A stretch of DNA of 54,458 nucleotides from an uncultured Gammaproteobacteria bacterium (GTDB lineage Bacteria > Pseudomonadota > Gammaproteobacteria > Steroidobacterales > Rariloculaceae): positions 1 to 54,458 of the forward strand of contig CAZFJU010000001.1 in assembly GCA_964518995.1 (NCBI GenBank), written 5' to 3'. Numbering within the stretch: position 1 is the stretch's first letter; the number at the start of each line of letters is the position of its first letter. The notes beneath the pieces were generated by a model that was not told the DNA's origin, made no database searches, and worked only from the letters and a program-made list of their open reading frames with translations. The position numbers and the translations under genes are program-made. Below, piece after piece: positions 1-7,736 of this stretch.

Positions 1-816
1 CTGCTTCAATACTTGAATGTCGGCGATCTGGCTGCCGATATGGCAGTGCAGCAAAACCAGATTCTCGCGCAGATCGTTCTCCTCGAGCTCACCGACGAGA
101 CGCATCAGCTCGGTGACCGTGAGGCCGAACTTAGAGTTGGCGCCGGACGATTCCGACCAGCGTCCAGAGCCGCGCGTCAGCAGCCGCACGCGGGCACCGA
201 GCCGCGGCCGGACACCTTTCTCGAACGCAAGATTTTTGAGGTCGGTGAACTCCGGATATTTCTCGATGACCGGGACGACATTCTGCCCGAGCCGTTGGCC
301 GTTGATCATCAACGACAGCATCGTGCGGTCTTTCATGCCGTTGCAGACGAGCAGCGTGTCGTTGTCGATATGCGGCAACGTCGCGAGCAGCTCGGCTTTC
401 GAGCCGCATTCGAGGCCCATGCCGTAAGGCTTACCGGCGTCGAGCAGCTCGTCGACGACCTCGTGGAGCTGGTTCACCTTGATCGGATAGATGCCGCGAT
501 AGACGTTCTCGTATTCGGACTCCGCGATCGCGGCCCGGAACGCCTCGTTGATGCGCTTTACCTGCGCGCGCAGCACGTCCTGAAATCTTATCAGGATCGG
601 GAATTGAATCCCGCGGCGGCGCAGCTCGTCCACGATGTCGACCACATCCATGGTGGTGTCCGCCGCATCGAGCGCGCGGACCGCAATATGGCCTTCCTCG
701 TTGATGAAGAAATACGGTTCGCCCCAGCTCGTGATGCGATAGAGCTCGGCGGAGTCGGCGGTCGTCCACTCGCTGCCGGGCAGCAGCGTCTCGATGGGTT
801 CAGGTCGGGATGCCAT
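1..816 (-). CDS. speA: Biosynthetic arginine decarboxylase, N-terminal 272 codons (gene continues beyond the left edge)
   Basis: Absent from the ORF track because it runs off the window. My translation of the minus strand from ATG 816 reads MASRPEPIETLLPGSEWTTADSAELYRITSWGEPYFFINEEGHIAV...YRGIYPIKVNQLHEVVDELL...GLECGSKAELLA...SKFGLTVTEL...LLHCHIGSQIADIQ. This is collinear with the N-terminal part of SpeA as I recall it (PLP-lysine motif YPIKVNQ and the HxHxGSQ motif). The frame stays open to base 1. The start lies 6 nt after the upstream gene's stop. Confidence 0.85.
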   Translation of the reverse strand, partial: MASRPEPIETLLPGSEWTTADSAELYRITSWGEPYFFINEEGHIAVRALDAADTTMDVVDIVDELRRRGIQFPILIRFQDVLRAQVKRINEAFRAAIAESEYENVYRGIYPIKVNQLHEVVDELLDAGKPYGMGLECGSKAELLATLPHIDNDTLLVCNGMKDRTMLSLMINGQRLGQNVVPVIEKYPEFTDLKNLAFEKGVRPRLGARVRLLTRGSGRWSESSGANSKFGLTVTELMRLVGELEENDLRENLVLLHCHIGSQIADIQVLKQ

Positions 817-822
817 GGGCCG

Positions 823-1794
823 TTACTCCCCGAGAACGTAAGCGAAAATGAGCGGCGCGACGATCGTCGCGTCGGACTCGATCATGAATTTCGGCGTGTC
901 GGCGGCCAACTTGCCCCAGGTGATCTTCTCGTTCGGAACGGCGCCCGAGTACGAGCCGTAGCTCGTCGTCGAGTCGCTGATCTGGCAAAAGTAGCCCCAC
1001 TTCGGCACGTCCTCGATGCGCAGATCCTGCTCGAGCATCGGCACGACGCAGATCGGAAAATCGCCGGCAATTCCGCCGCCGATCTGGAAGAAGCCGATCG
1101 GCGTTTCCCAAGCGGTCGCTTGATACCACTCGGCGAGCCGGAGCATGTACTCGATGCCGGACTTGACCGTCAGGGGATTCTTGATATCGCCGGAGATGCA
1201 ATGGCCGGCATACATATTGCCGAGCGTCGAATCCTCCCAGCCTGGCACGATGAGCGGCAGGTCGGCCTCGCTCGCCGCGATCAGCCAGCTGTCCTTCGGG
1301 TCGATCTGGTAAAACGGCTCGAGCTCGCCGGCCCGCAGCGCGGCGTACAGAAACTCGTGCGGCAGGTAGCGCTCGCCGGCGGCGTCCGCGGCCATCCAGC
1401 GCTTCAGCACGACGCCCTCGAGGCGCCGCATCGCTTCATGCTCGGGAATGCACGTATCCGTCACGCGGTTCAAGTTCTGCTCGAGCAGCGCTTCCTCCTG
1501 CTCCGGCGACAAGTGGCGATAGTGCGGGATGCGCACGTAATGCTCGTGAGCGACGAGGTTGAAAAGATCCTCCTCGAGATTCGCACCCGTGCACGAGATC
1601 GCGTGCACTTTGCCGCGGCGGATCATCTCCGCAAGCGACAAGCCGAGCTCGGCCGTGCTCATCGCGCCGGCCAATGTGACCAACATCTGGCCGCCGGAGT
1701 CGAGATGCCGCACATAACCGCGCGCGGCATCGAGCAGCGCCGCGCTGTTGAAATGGCGGTAGTGGTATTCCAGAAAGGCGGAAATGGCGCCCAT
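823..1794 (-). CDS. Deoxyhypusine synthase-like protein (putative homospermidine-synthase-type aminobutyl transferase)
   Basis: ORF 823..1869 trimmed to ATG 1794, which has GGAG about 8 nt upstream. The sequence MGAISAFLEYHYRHFNSAALL...TLAGAMSTAELG...ISCTGANLEEDLFNL...FFQIGGGIAGDFPICVVPML...SGAVPNEKITWGKL looks like the DHS fold. The conserved WGK lysine motif is present. Confidence 0.8.
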   Translation of the reverse strand: MGAISAFLEYHYRHFNSAALLDAARGYVRHLDSGGQMLVTLAGAMSTAELGLSLAEMIRRGKVHAISCTGANLEEDLFNLVAHEHYVRIPHYRHLSPEQEEALLEQNLNRVTDTCIPEHEAMRRLEGVVLKRWMAADAAGERYLPHEFLYAALRAGELEPFYQIDPKDSWLIAASEADLPLIVPGWEDSTLGNMYAGHCISGDIKNPLTVKSGIEYMLRLAEWYQATAWETPIGFFQIGGGIAGDFPICVVPMLEQDLRIEDVPKWGYFCQISDSTTSYGSYSGAVPNEKITWGKLAADTPKFMIESDATIVAPLIFAYVLGE

Positions 1795-1971
1795 CGCAAT
1801 CTCCAGGCGGAAACGGGTTAATAGAGAGGGGGACTCGACAAGGTTAGGAAATAGACGAAGTTCCCACAATAGCGGCAGCGGACCGCCCCAGAAATTGGGA
1901 CCGGCGCCCTTTTTCGAGAAGCCGGGACTTCCAGGGGCCTTTCGGCTGCCCTTAGTGGCCTGTGACAGCCA

Positions 1972-3018
1972 CTAGCGTTCCAACGCCGGCACCTGCTGAG
2001 TGAGACAATGCAGCGCGCCGAGCCCGCCGACCAGCACGCGACAGTCGATCGGCACGATGCGCCGCTCCGGAAAGCACGCGGCCAGCGCGTCGCGCGCGAT
2101 GTCATCCTGCGGACAGGCGAAGACCGGCAGCAGCACCTGCTCGTTCGCGACGTAAAAATTCGCGTAACTCGCCGGCAGGCGCTCGCCGGCGCTGTACAGC
2201 GGCTCCGGCATGGGCAGCTCGACAATCTCGAGCGGCGCGCCGCCGATCGTCACGGAACGAAGACGCTCCAGGTTCTCTGCGAGCGGCTCGTGGTTCGGAT
2301 CTGCAGCGTTCGGCTCCACGACCGTCACGACCTTGCGTTCGCTGACGAAGCGTGTCAGATCGTCGATATGCCCATCCGTGTCGTCACCGACGATGCCGTC
2401 GCCGAGCCAGATGATCTCGTCGACGCCCAGCGCATCGCGCAATACGGCCTCGATATCCGTTTTCGTCAGCTGCGGATTGCGATTCGGATTCAACAGGCAG
2501 TGCTCGGTGGTCAGCAGCGCGCCCGCGCCATTGACGTCGATCGAGCCGCCTTCGAGCACGACGTCGAACGAGACGCGCGGCGCGTCGATCGCCTCCGCCA
2601 TACGCGCCGCAGCAACGCGATCGAGGTCGAACGGCGGATATTTACCGCCCCACGCGTTGTACTCGAAGTCGAGCGCCACCCGCGCCGCGTCGCCGGCGCG
2701 CCACACGAAGATCGGGCCGTGATCCCGGACCCACGCGTCGTTGGTCGGAATATGGAAGTAGCGGACGCGGTCTGCAGGCGCCACCGGATCGAGGAAGCGG
2801 CGGACGTGTGCCTCGTGCGCCGCATCGCGCACGTTGATATACACATCTTCCGTCTCGGCGAGTGCAGCCGCGGCCCGCGCCATCGCGGGCTCCACGCCGT
2901 CGAAGCCGCCCGGCCACGTATCGCGGTTATGCGGCCACGACAGCCACGTCGCGGCATGCGGCGCCCATTCGGCGGGCATTCGCAGCGGTGCGGACGCGAA
3001 CTTCAGTGATTTCTCCAT
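1972..3018 (-). CDS. aguA: Agmatine deiminase (porphyromonas-type peptidyl-arginine deiminase family)
   Basis: ORF 1972..3300 trimmed to ATG 3018 (MEKSLKFASAPLRMPAEWAPH...). Motifs seen: PAEWAPH, WVRDHGP, EGGSIDVNG, DDTDGHIDDL, and the C-terminal catalytic Cys context GGLGALHCLTQQ. Confidence 0.88.
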   Translation of the reverse strand: MEKSLKFASAPLRMPAEWAPHAATWLSWPHNRDTWPGGFDGVEPAMARAAAALAETEDVYINVRDAAHEAHVRRFLDPVAPADRVRYFHIPTNDAWVRDHGPIFVWRAGDAARVALDFEYNAWGGKYPPFDLDRVAAARMAEAIDAPRVSFDVVLEGGSIDVNGAGALLTTEHCLLNPNRNPQLTKTDIEAVLRDALGVDEIIWLGDGIVGDDTDGHIDDLTRFVSERKVVTVVEPNAADPNHEPLAENLERLRSVTIGGAPLEIVELPMPEPLYSAGERLPASYANFYVANEQVLLPVFACPQDDIARDALAACFPERRIVPIDCRVLVGGLGALHCLTQQVPALER

Positions 3019-3118
3019 AGCGGGCTCGATCTCGCAGGTTCGGGCCGAGCGCAGCCCGCGACCTGGGCGCGCAATGATACCCGGATGCCGGCCCGGTACA
3101 AGCCGACCTGGAACTTGT

Positions 3119-3841
3119 ATGATGAAGCCCATGAACGCGAAGCCCCACATCGCCGGGCCGATCCGGCGCCCGGCAGGTCTGTCGCCCTTGCTCGGCCGCG
3201 CTCTCGCCGCGCTGCTGATCCTCGTCGGCGCCGCACTGTCCTGGCCGGTCGCGGCCCAGCCGCGGCTTACGCAAGGAGCGCTGCTCATCTCGACCGACAA
3301 GATCGGCGATCCGAGCTGGTCGCAAACCGTGGTGCTGCTCCTCCATCACGACGCGAACGGTACGTTGGGCGTCGCGATCAACCGGCCGACTGAAGTGGCG
3401 CTCGATGAGATCGTGCCCGACCTCGGCGCAATGCCGGGGTTGGCCGACGGGATCTTCCGCGGCGGCCCGGTGCGGCCGACACAGCTCGTCTTCCTGGTCC
3501 GCAATCCGCCGGCGAATCTGCTGCGCAACGCCCCGCGGATCCTCGACGGGGTCTACGCGAGCGGGGATCTCGGCGCGCTGCCGCAGATCATCGAGACGGG
3601 CGGTGGCGAAACCCTGCGCCTCTATGCTGGCCACGTGGAATGGGCGCCGGGGCAGCTCGATCGCGAATTTGCGGAAGAGCGCTGGACCGTTACGCTCGGC
3701 TCCGCGGAGCGTGTCTTCGCTCCCAACCCGTCACAGCTGTGGCAGCGCCTGCGCAGCTCGAGCGAAGAGTTGCTCGTCGAGCGCGCGCCAGGCCTCAGCG
3801 AGGCCGAGCCGCTGCAGGCCGCTTCGTCAAATCGGCGTTGA
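3119..3841 (+). CDS. YqgE/AlgH (UPF0301) family protein with a predicted N-terminal signal peptide
   Basis: ORF 2834..3841 trimmed to ATG 3119 (MMKPMNAKPH...). The core LLISTDKIGDPSWSQTVVLLLHHDANGTLGVAINRP...FRGGPVRPTQLVFL...YAGHVEWAPGQLDREF matches the YqgE/AlgH pattern. The N-terminus LSPLLGRALAALLILVGAALSWPVAAQP looks like a Sec signal. Confidence 0.75.
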   Translation: MMKPMNAKPHIAGPIRRPAGLSPLLGRALAALLILVGAALSWPVAAQPRLTQGALLISTDKIGDPSWSQTVVLLLHHDANGTLGVAINRPTEVALDEIVPDLGAMPGLADGIFRGGPVRPTQLVFLVRNPPANLLRNAPRILDGVYASGDLGALPQIIETGGGETLRLYAGHVEWAPGQLDREFAEERWTVTLGSAERVFAPNPSQLWQRLRSSSEELLVERAPGLSEAEPLQAASSNRR

Positions 3842-4139
3842 CGCGGACCGCATCGGGCGTGCCGTCTCGACGGTCCGCACGCCTCTTCGATGACCGTCGC
3901 GGCATTGCGCTACTCGGCACCCGGAGGAGGTGGCCGTCCCTGGCCAAGTGCAGTATGCCGCCGCTATCGCACAGAGTTCTGAGACGCAGCGCACGAGCCG
4001 CGACGCCGCAGCGCCGATTGCGTCAAAAGCAGGGTTTACCCGCCCTTCTTTCTGCGGGCAAATACGCACCGAAAGCGGCCGGCAACAGGGGATTCAGTAG
4101 CGCCTGTGCGCATCTCGCGCGCTCGGCGCGCGTTGCTCG

Positions 4140-4904
4140 CTAACTACTCTCGGGCGTGCGGATCTTGTAGTTGCCGCCTTCCCCCTCCGTCAGCTCGAGC
4201 AGCCCTTCGCGTTGTGCATGCGCAAGCAAATCCGAGAAGCTTCGATAGCCGTAGTAACTTTCTGCGAAGCCGGGATAGACGCGTTTCAGCGCCTTCTTCA
4301 CCACCGACCCCCAAACAGGGTCGTACTCTTCCTCGAGTGACGCGACGGTAGTCGTCAGCCGCTCGAACGCTTCCCGCTGTTTCTCGGAGACCTGCTTCGC
4401 GCTGTGCCGCGGAGCCCGCTTCTGCTCGGCGACCAGGTTATCGTAATAGATAAACTCGTCGCAGCTCGACGCCAGCAGATCGGATGTCGAGCTGCGCACG
4501 CCGCAGCCAATCACCCTCTTGTCGTTCTCTTTGAGCTTGGATACCAGCGGCGAAAAATCGCTGTCGCCGGTAAGGAGCGCAAAGGTATCTATGTGCGCTT
4601 TCGAGTAGCAGAGGTCGATCGCATCGACCACCATGCGGATGTCGGCGCTGTTCTTACCGCTCGCCCCGGAGTGCGGTATATCGACCATCTCGAAACCGAG
4701 CATATGAAACTCGCGCATGAATTTCTGGAACCGATTCCAGTCGCAATACGCGCGCTTGAAGACGATGCGGCCGCGCTCGAGCAGACGCTTCATGACGAGC
4801 TCCATCTGGAAGCGGCCCTTGGCGCTCTGCTCGGCACCGAGCGCGAGGTTCTCGAAATCGACGAAAACGGCGATCGTCGGTTCCGAATGCGAGTTCACGT
4901 CCAT
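4140..4904 (-). CDS. NYN (LabA-like PIN-fold) nuclease domain protein with C-terminal OST-HTH/LOTUS domain
   Basis: ORF 4140..4985 trimmed to ATG 4904 (MDVNSHSEPTIAVFVDFENL...). The segment VFVDFENL...KRAYCDW...KNSADIRMVVDAIDL...FALLTGDSDFSPLVSKLKENDKRVIG is the NYN/LabA signature. The C-terminal part (WGSVVKKALKRVYPGFAESYYGYRSFSDLLAHAQREGLLEL) resembles OST-HTH. Confidence 0.8.
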   Translation of the reverse strand: MDVNSHSEPTIAVFVDFENLALGAEQSAKGRFQMELVMKRLLERGRIVFKRAYCDWNRFQKFMREFHMLGFEMVDIPHSGASGKNSADIRMVVDAIDLCYSKAHIDTFALLTGDSDFSPLVSKLKENDKRVIGCGVRSSTSDLLASSCDEFIYYDNLVAEQKRAPRHSAKQVSEKQREAFERLTTTVASLEEEYDPVWGSVVKKALKRVYPGFAESYYGYRSFSDLLAHAQREGLLELTEGEGGNYKIRTPESS

Positions 4905-5039
4905 GCTCGATGCGCCCCTTCTACTTGCGTGCATTGCGGCTGGAATCGGCATCTTCGTCGATCGATGCGATGGGTCGCAAGGCATTGTCCCGGCGTGTGG
5001 TCGAGGCCATCATACCGCCGGTGCAACAAGGAGGCCGTG

Positions 5040-5732
5040 GTGAGCGAAGCGCCGATCAAAGTCCTCTCCTCCATGGCGACGCGCGGCGTGCTCGTCGAGC
5101 TTGCGTCCGCCTACGAGCGCGCGACGAGCGCGCGCGTCGAGACGACCGCCGCCGGCGGCGTCGATCTCGCCGAGCGCCTGCGCGCCGGCGAGCCGGTCGA
5201 CGTCGTCGTGCTGGCAAGAGACGTCATCGATGCGCTCATCGCCGAAGGCCATCTGCTGCGCGGCAGCCGGGTGGATCTCGTCACGTCGCCGATCGCCGTC
5301 GCGGTGCAGGCCGGCGCACCCCATCCGAATATCGCGGACGAGGCCGGCGTCCGAGCCGCCGTCGCGGCCGCACGCTCGTTGAGTTACTCGACCGGTCCGA
5401 GCGGCCGGCATCTGGAGCAGGTTTTCGAGCGCTGGGGGCTGCTCGAGGCGATCCGGTCACGCATCATCGTGCCGCCGCCGGGCGTGCCGGTCGCTTCGCT
5501 CGTCGCGGAGGGCTCGGCCGAAATCGGCTTTCAGCAGCTCAGCGAGCTGATCGACCGCCCGGGCATCGATGTGCTCGGCCTGGTACCTGCCGAGATGCAG
5601 AGCGTCACGACGTTCTCCGGCGGCATCGGCGCGGCGTGCGCCCGGCCGGACGCCGCGCGCGCGCTGCTCGACTTCATGGTCTCGCCCGAGGTCGCGAGCA
5701 CCAAGCAACGTTACGGGCTGGCATCGGCGTAG
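5040..5732 (+). CDS. ModA-like periplasmic-binding-protein-fold substrate-binding protein, no signal peptide
   Basis: Real coding part of ORF 4404..5732. GTG starts at 5037 and 5040 sit just after AAGGAGG (5028-5034). The sequence IKVLSSMATRGVLVELA...VVVLARDVIDALIAEG...SYSTGPSGRHLEQVF...AEIGFQQLSEL is ModA/PBP2-like. The upstream part of the ORF is antisense to the NYN gene. Confidence 0.6.
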   Translation: MSEAPIKVLSSMATRGVLVELASAYERATSARVETTAAGGVDLAERLRAGEPVDVVVLARDVIDALIAEGHLLRGSRVDLVTSPIAVAVQAGAPHPNIADEAGVRAAVAAARSLSYSTGPSGRHLEQVFERWGLLEAIRSRIIVPPPGVPVASLVAEGSAEIGFQQLSELIDRPGIDVLGLVPAEMQSVTTFSGGIGAACARPDAARALLDFMVSPEVASTKQRYGLASA

Positions 5733-6499
5733 CCGGCGGCTGCGCCGCGGCGTTGACGGCGAAGTGCCGCATCGAGTGACTCGACGATGGCCGCCACCCA
5801 TAAAGGCCAATCCGCGCGCGTCACGAGCCGCTGATTGACCTCGAGCTCGAGCCCGAGATAGCGATCCGCGGGCCAGCGCTTGCGTAGAGCGGTCGTGAAG
5901 CCATCGGCGACGCCGCGATAGGGATAATTGCGTCGCACGATGGACGCGGGCGGCAGCGTGGCGCGCAGCGCTTCGCGCCATAGGGCGGCGAACGCCGCCT
6001 CGCCGGCGCGGCGAGGATCGAACAGCAGCCCGACGTCGGCGCGCCGCACCTGGCCCGCAAGCTCGGGCGTAAACGAATGTGCGGACACGTGCACCACTTG
6101 GCCGTGCGCGGCGGCCGCGGCAACGGCGCTCTCCACAGCGACGCGGTACGGTCTGTAGTGCTGCTCAACGATTGCGGCGCGCGCGGCCGCAGGCAGCGCA
6201 CGCGTGAATTCGGAGAACAACTGCGGATGGCCGAGCGATCGATTCAGATCGACGAGCAGCCGGGTCGTCTCGCCGATGAACAACGGCGCCGAGAGACGGC
6301 GTGCGAGCGCCCGCGCGACGACCGCGGCGCCTTCGTCATGGGCGCGGTGAGAATCGAGCGCGAGCGCGGCCGCCGTGCTCGCGAACAGCGGCCGATATTC
6401 GTCGGGCACCCGACGCCCGCCATGCTCGCAGCTCACGACGACTGCCGCCGCCGGCCGCCGCGCGGCAGGCTCGCGGTCAGGCTTCGAACGACCGTCCAT
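5711..6499 (-). CDS. N-formylglutamate amidohydrolase (FGase) family hydrolase
   Basis: ORF 5711..6649 trimmed to ATG 6499 (MDGRSKPD...); ATG 6511 is an alternative. The sequence VVVSCEHGGRRVPDEY...LLVDLNRS...VHVSAHSFTPEL...RADVGLLFDP...YPYRG...YLGLELEVNQ is typical of the FGase family. The start overlaps the GCS2 gene's 3' end by 23 nt. Confidence 0.75.
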   Translation of the reverse strand: MDGRSKPDREPAARRPAAAVVVSCEHGGRRVPDEYRPLFASTAAALALDSHRAHDEGAAVVARALARRLSAPLFIGETTRLLVDLNRSLGHPQLFSEFTRALPAAARAAIVEQHYRPYRVAVESAVAAAAAHGQVVHVSAHSFTPELAGQVRRADVGLLFDPRRAGEAAFAALWREALRATLPPASIVRRNYPYRGVADGFTTALRKRWPADRYLGLELEVNQRLVTRADWPLWVAAIVESLDAALRRQRRGAAAGYADASP

Positions 6500-7736
6500 C
6501 GGCAAGCGCATCGCAGAGTGAGCGATAAACGCGCACGAAGTCGCCATGCGTCGGCAGCACGCTGCCGAGCGCTCGTCGGATGCGGGTCGATAGCGAGCCG
6601 GCACGAAGGTAGTGCTCGAGAAAACGCGCGTCGACCCCGACGAACGCACCGTCGGCGGCCGCGCGGTCGATCAGATGATCCCATAGCTTCGCGACGGTCG
6701 AGCTCGTCTGGCCGAGCCCGAAAGCTTCGAGGTATTTCCGCTCGCCGATCTCGGCGCGCTCGGCATCGCGGGTGGTCAGCTCGAGCAGGCGCGCAAGCTG
6801 CCGCGTATCCCACTCCGTGAGCGACTCGAGATCGGCCCATCGCTCGTCGCACAAGCTCCTCAAGGTGCCGATGATCGCCGCTGCGAATGCGATGTCGGCG
6901 GCCGGGCACTCCTGCACATCCAGCACTCGAATCTCGATCGCCATCCGCTCGAACCGCGCGATCGCACCGCGCGCGTTCACCCATTCGCGGCGCAGGATAC
7001 CGTCGGGGTCGTGCGGCGCGAGATCGGCGTAGATCCGACCGAGCAGGCGATCTTGATATTCGTCCATCGAATGGTACGTCTCCGGCACGACATGACCGGT
7101 AATCGACGGAATCCGGGCGCAATTGCCGCGGTACGCGACCAGGCGGTTGTCCGCGATGCCGGTCAATACGCCGTCCACCGCCGGCGAGCTTGCCGCGAGG
7201 CCCGGCAGAATCGGCAGGAGCAGGCGGATCGCCGCGTGCAGCCGCGCGAACTCATCGTCGTTGGCAAACGGCAGGTTGATATGTGCGCTCTGCAGATTCG
7301 CCCAGCCGTGTCCCTTGCAGCCGAAGATGCGGTCGAACGTTTCATAGATCACGCGCGTGCCGTGCGGCCAAAGCTCGACAGTGCGCGGATCCATCCATGG
7401 ATGCATCGCGGTCGGCATCAGGCGCAGACCGTCACGCGCGAGCGCGTCGAGCCCGCAGACGACGTTGTGTTGGAACGTAGCGCCGAGCCCCGCGAGCGAC
7501 GGTTGCGGCCCGTTGCATTTCAACTCGATGACATGCAGCGCGAGCTCGTTGTTCCAAGCGACCGCGCCATTTTCCCACTCGTCCGTCAGCTCGCCGGCGA
7601 GCCCCTCGAGCAACCGGTCGGCGCACGGCACGACAGCGAGCCCGTCGGCGGCAACGATCATGTACTCGAGCTCGATCCCTACCGCCTCGAACAGGCGGTG
7701 CGGGCTGCTATGCGGTTCGGAGCTGCTTGGGGGCAT
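6477..7736 (-). CDS. Carboxylate-amine ligase, glutamate-cysteine ligase family 2 (GCS2/YbdK-like)
   Basis: ORF with ATG at 7736. Motifs seen: FEAVGIELEYMIV, NELALHVIELK, MHPW, NLQSAHINLPF, FERMAIEIRVLD. The start lies 29 nt inside the 3' end of the ATP-grasp gene. Confidence 0.8.
   Translation of the reverse strand: MPPSSSEPHSSPHRLFEAVGIELEYMIVAADGLAVVPCADRLLEGLAGELTDEWENGAVAWNNELALHVIELKCNGPQPSLAGLGATFQHNVVCGLDALARDGLRLMPTAMHPWMDPRTVELWPHGTRVIYETFDRIFGCKGHGWANLQSAHINLPFANDDEFARLHAAIRLLLPILPGLAASSPAVDGVLTGIADNRLVAYRGNCARIPSITGHVVPETYHSMDEYQDRLLGRIYADLAPHDPDGILRREWVNARGAIARFERMAIEIRVLDVQECPAADIAFAAAIIGTLRSLCDERWADLESLTEWDTRQLARLLELTTRDAERAEIGERKYLEAFGLGQTSSTVAKLWDHLIDRAAADGAFVGVDARFLEHYLRAGSLSTRIRRALGSVLPTHGDFVRVYRSLCDALADGRSFEA

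Noticed and set aside
13-1821. 602-aa plus-strand ORF, the longest ORF at the left end
   Set aside because: It is antisense to two recognisable minus-strand genes (speA and the DHS-like gene). It is Arg/Ala/Asp-rich with no recognisable motifs. This is a typical shadow ORF in high-GC DNA.
1953-1974. Hairpin TAGTGGC...GCCACTA overlapping the aguA stop codon
   Set aside because: The stem is real but has no following U-tract. It could be an attenuator between aguA and the DHS-like gene, but the evidence is too thin to annotate it as a terminator.
3842-4139. 298-bp convergent intergenic region, examined for tRNA, sRNA or terminators
   Set aside because: It contains only short GC hairpins (for example GCGCGC-TCG-GCGCGC at 4117-4131 and CCCGC...GCGGG near 4040-4060) without U-tracts. 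There are no tRNA-like T-loop or anticodon features and no convincing small ORF. I cannot support a feature from sequence alone.
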